DNA of 30,112 nucleotides from Candidatus Aenigmatarchaeota archaeon (lineage in GTDB: Archaea > Aenigmatarchaeota > Aenigmatarchaeia > CG10238-14 > SCSR01). The DNA is taken from contig JAWBTW010000009.1 in assembly GCA_039000165.1 (NCBI GenBank), forward strand, positions 1-30,112, read 5' to 3'. The translations under genes were made by a program, and so were the position numbers. Of this stretch, positions 1 through 8,226 are shown in pieces; the stretch's first letter is position 1, and the number at the start of each line of letters is the position of its first letter. Under the pieces are notes generated by a model. That model was not told where the DNA came from and did not search any database. It was given only the letters and a program-made list of their open reading frames with translations.

Positions 1-296
1 TGCCAGTTTCCTGCAAAAGCAAGCAAAGGAATAGAAAGAAGCAAAGCATAACCAAGAAAAGTTAACAGCCAGTAAGATTTTGTTTTGTCTGAAATGTAAC
101 CAGAAACTGCTCTCAAAGCATAACCAAGAAATTCTCCTAAACCAGTGAAAAAACCGATTATTGCTGCACTTGCCCCAAGAATTTGCAAGTATTGACCGGT
201 AATTCCTCTTGCTCCTTCATAAATTATATCTCCAAGCAAGCTAACTAAACCAAAAATTGTTATCAAGACTAACGCTTGTTTCACCAATTTTTTCAT
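1..296 (-). CDS. MFS transporter, 5' part (runs off window start)
   Basis: Manual translation from ATG at 296: MKKLVKQALVLITIFGLVSLLGDIIYEGARGITGQYLQILGASAAIIGFFTGLGEFLGYALRAVSGYISDKTKSYW. Hydrophobic helices and an MFS motif A-like G-Y-I-S-D-K. Not in the ORF track. Confidence 0.85.
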   Translation of the reverse strand, partial: MKKLVKQALVLITIFGLVSLLGDIIYEGARGITGQYLQILGASAAIIGFFTGLGEFLGYALRAVSGYISDKTKSYWLLTFLGYALLLSIPLLAFAGNW

Positions 297-334
297 ACAA
301 ACACAAGAAATTTTTATTTTTCAAACCTTAAAAA

Positions 335-1027
335 CTATTCTAAGCTAAGGTCATAAAGAAAGTTGTAAATTTCAACATGAGTTCTATATTCTTTCATCAA
401 ACTTTCTATAACTTTTTTATTGGGCTTCAATTTTTCTATAGCAATTGGTAAGATATTTCTTGCTCTACTCATGCAATATACTGGCACTCCCAAGTAGTTT
501 GTGATGTATTTTTCAGGAAAAGCTCCTCCCCATCTTCTATCTTCTCTGTAGCAAACTACTATTATTGAATTGACTTTTGCTCCACCTTCGTACAAATGCA
601 AAGCAGTTGTTATAACAGAATCGCCAGTTGTGGCTGTATCTTCAAGCAAATTGAAAGTTTTGCCTTTAACATCTATGGGTGAAAGACTGTAGGGAAACTT
701 TCCAGAAACACCGTGAGATTTAAGTTGGGAACGTAGAAAAATAAAATCTTTAAAGCCAAGCTTTTTATTTACTTCTATGGCTGGAAGAGTTGCAGATTCA
801 GGAACCCCAACTAATGGATATTTGTCAAGATTTCTTGAAACCACAAAATCCTTAACAAAACTAGCAAATTCATCAAGCTTTTCAAAATTTTCTTGAAGCT
901 CTCTCAAGTTGACATACCATGAACTTTCTTGTCCAGAGGAAAGTTTTATGGGTTCTTCAAAAAAACCGATACACTTATTTTCCACTAAGAATTCTATAAA
1001 ATTTTTTTCGTCAAATTTTGCTTCCAT
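335..1027 (-). CDS. pyrE: Orotate phosphoribosyltransferase (divergent)
   Basis: LSSGQESSWYVNLR, KSHG loop, PRPP-binding motif LLEDTATTGDS; directly downstream of pyrF. Confidence 0.85.
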   Translation of the reverse strand: MEAKFDEKNFIEFLVENKCIGFFEEPIKLSSGQESSWYVNLRELQENFEKLDEFASFVKDFVVSRNLDKYPLVGVPESATLPAIEVNKKLGFKDFIFLRSQLKSHGVSGKFPYSLSPIDVKGKTFNLLEDTATTGDSVITTALHLYEGGAKVNSIIVVCYREDRRWGGAFPEKYITNYLGVPVYCMSRARNILPIAIEKLKPNKKVIESLMKEYRTHVEIYNFLYDLSLE

Positions 1028-1859
1028 CTCTTATAGCCTCCTTCAAAATTTTATCCCATTCTTCTGCCTTCTTCTTTATTACCTTGAAAGGGTCTTCCTC
1101 TGGGTATTTTCTCCATTCCCCAGCAATGTCTCTTCCAACATTCCCAATTATTCCAGGAAAACTTACTCCTTCTTTTTTAAGATATTTTAAAACTCTTACA
1201 GGAACTCCTTGGGCACCTAGACCAGGAGCAAGTATCACTTGAGTATCGCAAACACCTCTTATCTCGCATGCTAATTCTTCATCTCTTGGACCTGCTACTA
1301 TTCCAACCGGGGAATAATCCTGTTTAGGAAGCTTTTGACTCCATTCGTTCGCAACTTTTAAAGCCAAAAACCTCCACATAGGAATTTCATTTATATTCAA
1401 GCTCCAAAACATTTCTGAATTAGGACTTGTCGTATAAACAAGAACAAAAATTCCTTTTTCATCCAAGTAAGGAGTGAAGGAATCTATTACATCATTTAAC
1501 CATGGTAATGCGTTTACTGTACAGGCATCTGCATCTATTTCTTTCAAATATCTCCTTGCATATTCTGCTGCAGTAAACCCAACATCATTTGCTTTCGAAT
1601 CCACAATAAACAATCTTCCTTTATCCTTAGCATATTTACACATTTCCTTTAGAGAGTCTAAATCCTTCCCGCTACCCACATAACCTGATAAGTTTGCTTT
1701 AAAAGCAAGAGCTACATTATAAGTTGAGTTGATCATCTCTCTAGCCCACTCTCTTAGGTCATAACTTGGGGGAATAACTTCTGGTAACGGATCCAAACCA
1801 ACGCAGAGAATACTTTTTGCCTCTTTATATACAGCTTTTACTCTATCTTCAAAAAGCAT
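1011..1859 (-). CDS. pyrF: Orotidine-5'-phosphate decarboxylase
   Basis: LCVGLDP, AFKAN, catalytic DxKxxD (DSKAND), APGLGAQG, NVGRDI. Start moved from 1904 to ATG 1859 (MLFEDRV) to avoid the upstream gene. Confidence 0.9.
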   Translation of the reverse strand: MLFEDRVKAVYKEAKSILCVGLDPLPEVIPPSYDLREWAREMINSTYNVALAFKANLSGYVGSGKDLDSLKEMCKYAKDKGRLFIVDSKANDVGFTAAEYARRYLKEIDADACTVNALPWLNDVIDSFTPYLDEKGIFVLVYTTSPNSEMFWSLNINEIPMWRFLALKVANEWSQKLPKQDYSPVGIVAGPRDEELACEIRGVCDTQVILAPGLGAQGVPVRVLKYLKKEGVSFPGIIGNVGRDIAGEWRKYPEEDPFKVIKKKAEEWDKILKEAIRDGSKI

Positions 1860-1900
1860 ATTAACTAAATGAAGGATTAAAAATAAATAATTTGCCAAAT

Positions 1901-2701
1901 TCAAGGATAAGAATAAATTAAGACCAACTTTCCTTCTCCATCTTTCAGATAAAGTGTATCTTCATCGTTATTCCAAACTGGGTATTTGCTGTTTAGAAAA
2001 ATTTCATTTTTTGAGTTATTTCCAAAACCAGAAAGAATTTTTACTTCTGAGTTAGGTTGGAGTAAAAACTCAGAAAGATAAAAAGAGCTAAAGCTTCTAT
2101 CCTTAACATTCCATTTAGTGATGTTTATAGAAAAGTTACAGACATTTTTCAAAACAAAGTATTCGTCATTTAAATTCTTGCTGTCATCACCTTTGGCATC
2201 ATAATGAAACTCTTTCACTTTAATGCAATCCCTAAACTGGGAAAATTTTCCCCAAATACCAAGCTTATTCTTTCTTGCATATTCCTCTGCTTCTAAAAGT
2301 TGAGAAGAATATTTTTGGTTTGGTGAAACTATGTAAACGTTTGCGAAACCTTGCCTAACCATTTCCAAATTAACAAAAGTATCGCCAACAAAAACATACC
2401 TCAAAAACCTTCCGCTTGAATCTGAATTTATCACATCAGATTCGAGGAAAACATTTTTATTTTCTATTAGTTCTTTAAGCTTTTCTTTGGCTTCTAAATA
2501 GAAGTACTTATTTTTCTCTGGAGCATCCACTCCTAAAAGCCTAACTTTTTTTCCATTAGCTAGCTCAAAAGTATCGCCATCTATAACCCTTGCAACAGTA
2601 ACAAGAGTTTTGTTTGAAGAATTCTTAGAAAAAAGAAAGTAAGAGAAAGCTAAAATTAACAGTAAGACGATCAAAATCGGTAGAATTACTTTAAGCTTCA
2701 T
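1901..2701 (-). CDS. Membrane-anchored thermonuclease (SNase) with C-terminal lamin-tail domain
   Basis: N-terminal TM/signal; VIDGDT, VRLLGVDAPE, GRFLRYV, NLEMVRQG, ARKNKLGIW; LTD motifs NDEYFVLKN and VWNNDEDTLYLKD. Confidence 0.9.
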   Translation of the reverse strand: MKLKVILPILIVLLLILAFSYFLFSKNSSNKTLVTVARVIDGDTFELANGKKVRLLGVDAPEKNKYFYLEAKEKLKELIENKNVFLESDVINSDSSGRFLRYVFVGDTFVNLEMVRQGFANVYIVSPNQKYSSQLLEAEEYARKNKLGIWGKFSQFRDCIKVKEFHYDAKGDDSKNLNDEYFVLKNVCNFSINITKWNVKDRSFSSFYLSEFLLQPNSEVKILSGFGNNSKNEIFLNSKYPVWNNDEDTLYLKDGEGKLVLIYSYP

Positions 2702-2787
2702 GTTTTTCTGTTTGAACTTTTACTAATTAACCTAATCTAACTACCAAAGGTGGTAATTTTAAGATTTTGTCTAACGAAATTTAAAAA

Positions 2788-3765
2788 GTGAGACTTTTTG
2801 AAATAACTTCAGAATCAGGAATTCCTTTGGTTGGAGCGATTTGTTTTGGTATAATAGATAGAGGCACAAATCTTTTACAGATTAGACCGAGCACACTTTG
2901 CAGTTTAAGCTGCATTTTTTGCTCAACAGATTTAGGACCAAACTCAAGAACAAGAGTTACTGATTATATTGTTGAGCTTGATTATTTGCTTGAGTGGGTA
3001 AAAGAAGTTGCAAAATTTAAAGGAAAAAACCTTCAGGCTCATATAGATTTTGGCGAGCCAACCTTATACCCTAAGTTAATAGAGCTTGTCCAAGGATTAA
3101 AAGAGATAGAAGGAATAGAAATAGTTTCCATGGAATCAAAAAACTTACATCTTAACTTTAGAAAAATAGATGAACTTGCTGAAGTTGGTTTGGAAAGAAT
3201 TAATTTATCTATAGATGCTTTAGACCCTGAGCTAGCAAGAAAGTTAGCAGGAACTGAAAATTATGATGTTACTAGAATAATAGAACTTGCAGAGTATATA
3301 GCAAAAACTAACATCAAACTTTTGCTAGCTCCTGTCTGGGTTCCTGGTTTGAATGACCAAGAAATCCCAAAAATAATTAGGTTTGCAAAAGAAATAGGAG
3401 CAAAGCTTGGGATTCAAAAGTATGAAGCTCATAAGTTTGGTAGAAAACCTGAGGGTGTTAAGCCAATAAGCTGGTGGAAATTTTATCGAAAGCTTGAAGA
3501 ATGGGAAAAGCAGTTCAACGTTAAGCTAAGAATTACTCCAAAAGATTTTGGAATAGAAAAGAGAAAAATGCTTCCTATTCTTTTCGAAAAAGGGCAAAAA
3601 GTTAGAGTTAAAATAAAAGCTCCTGGATGGATTAGAAACGAAATGATTGGAGTGGCTAAGAATAGATGCATAAGCATAGTTGATTGTCAAGCAGAAATTG
3701 GAGATGAAATAAAAGTGGAAATTCTTGAGAACAAGCACAACCTTTATGTTGCAAGAATGGTTTGA
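2788..3765 (+). CDS. Radical SAM protein with C-terminal TRAM-like domain (archaeal family)
   Basis: GIIDRGTNLLQIRP, CxxxCxxC (CSLSCIFC), GEPTLYP, beta-rich C-terminus; GTG start. Confidence 0.85.
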   Translation: MRLFEITSESGIPLVGAICFGIIDRGTNLLQIRPSTLCSLSCIFCSTDLGPNSRTRVTDYIVELDYLLEWVKEVAKFKGKNLQAHIDFGEPTLYPKLIELVQGLKEIEGIEIVSMESKNLHLNFRKIDELAEVGLERINLSIDALDPELARKLAGTENYDVTRIIELAEYIAKTNIKLLLAPVWVPGLNDQEIPKIIRFAKEIGAKLGIQKYEAHKFGRKPEGVKPISWWKFYRKLEEWEKQFNVKLRITPKDFGIEKRKMLPILFEKGQKVRVKIKAPGWIRNEMIGVAKNRCISIVDCQAEIGDEIKVEILENKHNLYVARMV

Positions 3766-3842
3766 AGAAACATTAAGTGGATTGGAATTTTACCGGAATT
3801 AAACCTCCGAAATAAAAGTATATTTATAGCTTTATACTATTT

Positions 3843-5153
3843 ATGATGAACGTTTGGCTTTCCAAGGTAATAGATAACGGAAAAGTTTTGAGTGAGTTAA
3901 GTACTCAAGAGATTAAAACTGTCGAAAAAGATTTTAGATGTATACTTTGCAAAGGTTCAAGACTTCTTTGTGGAAAGGCTAGATGCCCTATTTTAATAAG
4001 AATTTATACTCAAATAAAAATTCAACCTCTCGTTCAAAAGACAGAACTAGAAGGCTCAAGCCCTCCTGACATTTTTGTGGGCAGAATAGGACATCCTTAT
4101 GTTTATGTTGGACCTTTGATTCCTCCTTTGAAAGGAGATACATCAATCCTTTCTTGTCCAGAATTTTGGCACGGAAAAAGTATAGATGAAATAATTAACC
4201 TAAGGTTTCAGCTTGTTAGGGGAAAGTATCGCACGCATGTAAAAAATTTTGAAGGAAAAATTGTTGAGTTAACAAGAGAAATAGCTTTAAGCAAAAGCTC
4301 AGTAGAAAGTGAGGCTCATTTTAAAAGAAAGCCTTCTGGAACAATAGTTTTAGACGATGAAGTTCAACCTTTTGGTCCTTCTGCTCCTTTAAAAAACTTG
4401 TTTGTTGGTAGCATAAAAACAGATCAAAAAATAGAAAAGGCTTATAACGATACTGACTTGAAAGCTAGCGAAGCAGTATTTTGGCTTTATGAAAAAGGGG
4501 TTTTAATTTCAAGAATCCAAAGAGCTTTCTCTGCTGGATTGTTTGGAATAGAAGAAAACCGAAAGCTAGTTCCTACTAGATGGTCTATAACTGCTATCGA
4601 TTCAATAATTTCTCAAAAACTCTTGGAACAAGTAAAAACTTTTCCTTTGATAAACGAGTTTAGAGTTTACGAGCATGAAGCCTTGGACAATAAATGGATT
4701 GTTTTAATGATTCCTGATTATTGGAGCTATGAACTGATAGAAGCTTGGTATCCTGGAACAACTTGGAACCCAAAAGGAAAAAATATATGGATAATTTCTG
4801 ATTGGGAGGGATTTGAAGGAAGGAGCAGCTATCCTAGTATAGGAGGGTGTTACATGGCTAGTAGGCTTAGTATATCATCAAAATTGAAAGAAGAAAAAAG
4901 ACAGGCATCAGTGATAGTATTGAGAGAAATACACCCAGGCTTTATCATGCCACTAGGAGTATGGAATGTTAGGGAAAATGTAAAAGAGGCCTTGAAAAAT
5001 AAACCATTGATATTTGATACTTTAGAAAAAAGTTTACAATACATCTCCACAAAATTGAATATCCCTTTAATAAAATGGATTAGAAATAGCTTTCTTCTAA
5101 GAAAGTTTCTATTTCAAAAAAGACTTTCTCATTTTTTAAAAACCACAGCGTAG
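3843..5153 (+). CDS. nreA: Nre-family archaeal DNA repair protein
   Basis: N-terminal Cys cluster CILCKGSRLLCGKARCP, GSSPPDIFVGRIGHP, LVPTRWSITAID, GVWNVRENV, C-terminal PIP box QKRLSHFL. Confidence 0.92.
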   Translation: MMNVWLSKVIDNGKVLSELSTQEIKTVEKDFRCILCKGSRLLCGKARCPILIRIYTQIKIQPLVQKTELEGSSPPDIFVGRIGHPYVYVGPLIPPLKGDTSILSCPEFWHGKSIDEIINLRFQLVRGKYRTHVKNFEGKIVELTREIALSKSSVESEAHFKRKPSGTIVLDDEVQPFGPSAPLKNLFVGSIKTDQKIEKAYNDTDLKASEAVFWLYEKGVLISRIQRAFSAGLFGIEENRKLVPTRWSITAIDSIISQKLLEQVKTFPLINEFRVYEHEALDNKWIVLMIPDYWSYELIEAWYPGTTWNPKGKNIWIISDWEGFEGRSSYPSIGGCYMASRLSISSKLKEEKRQASVIVLREIHPGFIMPLGVWNVRENVKEALKNKPLIFDTLEKSLQYISTKLNIPLIKWIRNSFLLRKFLFQKRLSHFLKTTA

Positions 5154-6282
5154 GCTTTTTGCTATTATCTTTGGAAACTATATTTTCTTTTAATAGTTGC
5201 CTCATATGTGCCCAAATAAGTGTTTGGTTTAATCCGGTCAACCTTGAAAGTTCTGGTACGGAAGAAGGTTTATTTAACAACATTTTTAATATTTTCTTCC
5301 TATTTTTATGGATATCTACAAAACTTTTTACTGCTTCTTGGAGTAATAGACTCTTCTTAGGATGAGTAAAACCAATTTTATTTAAAAAATTTTCTAAACT
5401 CTTTTTTCCAAAAACACTAAACCTTAAGACGATTTTATTTCTTTCCCTCTTATCTCTAAAAATCTCTTGTTTTGTTATTTTACCTGATTTGATTCCAAAC
5501 TCTGATAGTATTTCTTTTATCGAACATAGAAAATTTTCTAGGGAACCCTTTAGTTCAAGTAATTTTCCTTGTGCAAAAATTATTGCCTGACTTCTACTCT
5601 TTTTATTTTTCTTCTTAACACATCCTTCATCATCAAAAATTCCACGTAGAAAAGATAATTTAATTTCTTTAGAACCATTTTTAATCCATTCTGGAACATC
5701 AAAGCATTGAAGAGTTTTATTGCCAACAGGAACTCCTGCTCTATGAAGTACAAAACCAACAAAAGGGCAAAATTTAACTTGAATTCTTCCATCCTTAAGT
5801 TTAATGATAGTTCCTCTCGTTCTGCCTATAGCTTTATTAACACAATCACATACTTCTTTAACTAATTTCCTTTCATTATTCCAAAAAGAAAATCTAAATG
5901 TGTCTTTTTCTATACTTCCATCCCCCATACCTTTAGCAACAAGTAATGCTAATTCTGGAGATTCTATAATGGGAAGCTTAACTTCAGTTACTTTTCCTGA
6001 CATTCCACCTTTGATAGCAACTACATGCTTTTCTAATTCTTCTTCGGAAATTTCAGTAATCGCAATTAATTTTTTGAGTATTTGCCATTTTATAAACTTT
6101 GTTTGACCTATTTTCATTAACCTTATAGAGTCCGGGTCACATTCTAGTTTTTTTGCCAAATTTTTAATCATGCCTTCTTTTTCGATAGCTTTTCTAAATA
6201 GTTCTAACCTAAACTTGTCCTCGATCAAAAATCTAAAGCTCCTACACATTAAATCTTTCAATCTTACTTCCATCTTTCTCAC
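5080..6282 (-). CDS. Free-standing double-motif LAGLIDADG endonuclease with N-terminal HTH-like region and C-terminal winged HTH
   Basis: Motif 1 LALLVAKGMGDGSI, motif 2 FLRGIFDDEGCV, VPEWIKNGSKEIKLSF, IGFTHPKK; C-terminal SVPELSRLTGLNQTLIWAHMRQL. No intein splice residues. Start may be ATG 6273. Confidence 0.88.
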   Translation of the reverse strand: MRKMEVRLKDLMCRSFRFLIEDKFRLELFRKAIEKEGMIKNLAKKLECDPDSIRLMKIGQTKFIKWQILKKLIAITEISEEELEKHVVAIKGGMSGKVTEVKLPIIESPELALLVAKGMGDGSIEKDTFRFSFWNNERKLVKEVCDCVNKAIGRTRGTIIKLKDGRIQVKFCPFVGFVLHRAGVPVGNKTLQCFDVPEWIKNGSKEIKLSFLRGIFDDEGCVKKKNKKSRSQAIIFAQGKLLELKGSLENFLCSIKEILSEFGIKSGKITKQEIFRDKRERNKIVLRFSVFGKKSLENFLNKIGFTHPKKSLLLQEAVKSFVDIHKNRKKILKMLLNKPSSVPELSRLTGLNQTLIWAHMRQLLKENIVSKDNSKKPTLWFLKNEKVFFEIETFLEESYF

Positions 6283-6385
6283 TTTTAATTACTTGATTGC
6301 TATCTTTCAGTATATTACTTTCGGGGGTTCACTTCCGATGAAAAATAGCCTGAAGATTTTTATAAGTAGCAATTAATCTAAATTT

Positions 6386-7186
6386 ATGCAAGTAAAAGAA
6401 ATAAAGTGCAAATCCATTTTAAACAGAAGCAAGCTTGCCGATTATTGCATAAATTGTTATGTTGGCTGCGAACATGCTTGTGTTTATTGCTACGCAGAAT
6501 ATTACACAAAAAAATACACTCAGCATAAAGAAGAGTGGGGAAGGTTTGTTGACGTTAAGATAAATTCTCCAGAAATTTTAAGAAAGGAAATCTTGAACAA
6601 GAAAAAAGGTAGCGTTTTCCTTTCTTCTTTAACAGACCCCTATCAGCCTTTAGAAAAAAAATATGAACTAACAAGAAAATGTTTAGAGATTCTACAAAGA
6701 AACAATTTTTCTGTTTGCATACAAACAAAATCTTCTTTAGTCTTGAGAGACCTTGAAATTCTTAAAAAGTTTAAAGATTGTGAGGTTGGCTTTACAATAA
6801 CAACATTAGAAGAAAAAATAAGAAAAAATTTTGAGCCTTTTTCTTCTAGCGTTGATGAAAAATTAGAAGCTTTGAGGATTTTAAAAGAAAGTGGAATAAA
6901 AACTTTTGTTTTTTTCGGTCCAGTTTTACCTTTTCTTTCTGACAAAAATTTGGAAGAATTCTTTGAAAAACTTTCAGGTTTGACCGATTATTTTTTTGTG
7001 GACAAACTTAACCTTAAGCCTGGGGTTTGGGAAAGGTGCGAAAAGATTTTGAAAGAGAAATATCCTGAGCTTCTAGAAAAATGGCAGAGAATATTTTTTG
7101 AGAAAAACGATTACTATAAAAATTTGAAGAAAAAGATAGAGGAAATTGCAAGAAAAAATAAGCTGAAAGTTATTTTCTGTTACTAG
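6386..7186 (+). CDS. SplB/spore photoproduct lyase-like radical SAM DNA repair protein
   Basis: INCYVGCEHACVYCYA, SSLTDPYQPLE, QTKSSLVLRD, FEP motif. Confidence 0.85.
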   Translation: MQVKEIKCKSILNRSKLADYCINCYVGCEHACVYCYAEYYTKKYTQHKEEWGRFVDVKINSPEILRKEILNKKKGSVFLSSLTDPYQPLEKKYELTRKCLEILQRNNFSVCIQTKSSLVLRDLEILKKFKDCEVGFTITTLEEKIRKNFEPFSSSVDEKLEALRILKESGIKTFVFFGPVLPFLSDKNLEEFFEKLSGLTDYFFVDKLNLKPGVWERCEKILKEKYPELLEKWQRIFFEKNDYYKNLKKKIEEIARKNKLKVIFCY

Positions 7187-7397
7187 TTACTTTTACACCT
7201 TCTTCAAAAGCCTTTTCGTCTTTTTCTCCGAATTCTTCTATTACTTCAGAAGTTTTCATATCTCCAAGCCTTTCAGCACAATCTTTACAAATTGTTACAG
7301 TTTTTTTAGTATCTTCGTCGCCAGCAGTAAAAACTGTTCCTTCTTTTCCGCAAATAGAGCATTTGCCTTCAAAGGTAGCTGAAAGTTTAATCTTCAT
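7170..7397 (-). CDS. Small zinc-finger protein (CxxC...CxxC)
   Basis: CSICG and CKDC pairs; 75 aa; host-like codon usage. Confidence 0.75.
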   Translation of the reverse strand: MKIKLSATFEGKCSICGKEGTVFTAGDEDTKKTVTICKDCAERLGDMKTSEVIEEFGEKDEKAFEEGVKVTSNRK

Positions 7398-7502
7398 ACT
7401 TAATTTTTGTTTTTTTAAGTTAAATCTGTATACTGAAGAATAAAAAAATATTTATTTGGGTTAATTTCCTTTTATTTTTAGAAAATAAAAAGAGGTGGAA
7501 AA

Positions 7503-7544
7503 ATGGCAAAGAAGAAAAAGAAGAAAGAAGAAAAGCAATGCTAA
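7503..7544 (+). CDS. Candidate 13-aa lysine-rich microprotein MAKKKKKKEEKQC
   Basis: GAGGTG ribosome-binding site at 7492-7497, ATG 7503, TAA 7542-7544, AT-rich TATA-like element about 7449-7455, T-run after the stop. Confidence 0.5.
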   Translation: MAKKKKKKEEKQC

Positions 7545-7562
7545 TTTCTGGGTCTTGTTTTT

Positions 7563-8159
7563 TTATATTTTTATTTTACAACCTAGCTCAAAAATTTCTT
7601 TGTTCATACTAAAATACTTCTCTGGGATTATTCTTCTTATTCCTCCAAACAAGCTTTCTTTCTTTAAAGGAATTAGGTTTGAGCAGCTAGCAACACCAAG
7701 CATAAAGACATTGGCCCCTGTTGTGCTTCCGTATTCTTTTTTCAAGGTTTTGCTCGCATCAACAAAGAAAACTTTTGAAGAAAACTCTTTCAAAATCTTC
7801 TTTATTTCCTCGTTTGAAGGGTATTTCTCGCCAAGAGCAGAAGATGAAATAGGAACTATTCTTTCTGAATCTATGAGGAAAACAGTCCTTCCTTTCGAGC
7901 CATAAACACAAGCTCTTAAGGCTTCTAAAGGCTCTAAGCCAATTATTAAATCTGCCTTTCCTACTCTTACTGTTGAAGAATAAATCTTTTTTCCAAACCT
8001 TACATGACAAGGAATGCTTCCTCCTCTTTGTGAAAGTCCGTGAAGCTCTGAAGTTTTCACGTCATAGCCTTCTATTAAAGCAGCTTCTGCTATTATCAAA
8101 GCTAAAGTTAAGGAGCCTTGACCTCCAACTCCTGCTATCACAAGGTTAAACTCTTTCAT
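7563..8159 (-). CDS. iorB: Indolepyruvate:ferredoxin oxidoreductase beta subunit
   Basis: IAGVGGQG, SELHGLSQRGGS, LEPLEALR, ANVFMLG; downstream of iorA. Confidence 0.93.
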   Translation of the reverse strand: MKEFNLVIAGVGGQGSLTLALIIAEAALIEGYDVKTSELHGLSQRGGSIPCHVRFGKKIYSSTVRVGKADLIIGLEPLEALRACVYGSKGRTVFLIDSERIVPISSSALGEKYPSNEEIKKILKEFSSKVFFVDASKTLKKEYGSTTGANVFMLGVASCSNLIPLKKESLFGGIRRIIPEKYFSMNKEIFELGCKIKI

Positions 8160-8226
8160 TTTTTATACCTCAAGTTCTAGGTTACCCAAGAAGCTAAGCT
8201 AATTCTCTTTAACTTATTTGACTCTT

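Noticed and set aside
2741..2755. Short palindrome TACCA-AAGG-TGGTA between divergent genes
   Set aside because: 5-bp arms and a single occurrence; could easily be chance.
5080..6282. Intein or group I intron host for the LAGLIDADG ORF
   Set aside because: No N-terminal Cys/Ser splice block, no terminal His-Asn and no interrupted host gene on that strand; nreA is complete through its PIP box.
7495..7905. 136-aa plus-strand ORF (MEKWQRRKRRKKK...) or an eL41-like protein
   Set aside because: Mostly an antisense shadow of iorB. Its GTG lies inside the ribosome-binding site of the better-placed ATG at 7503, and the basic stretch is a frame-shifted reading of the lysine run.
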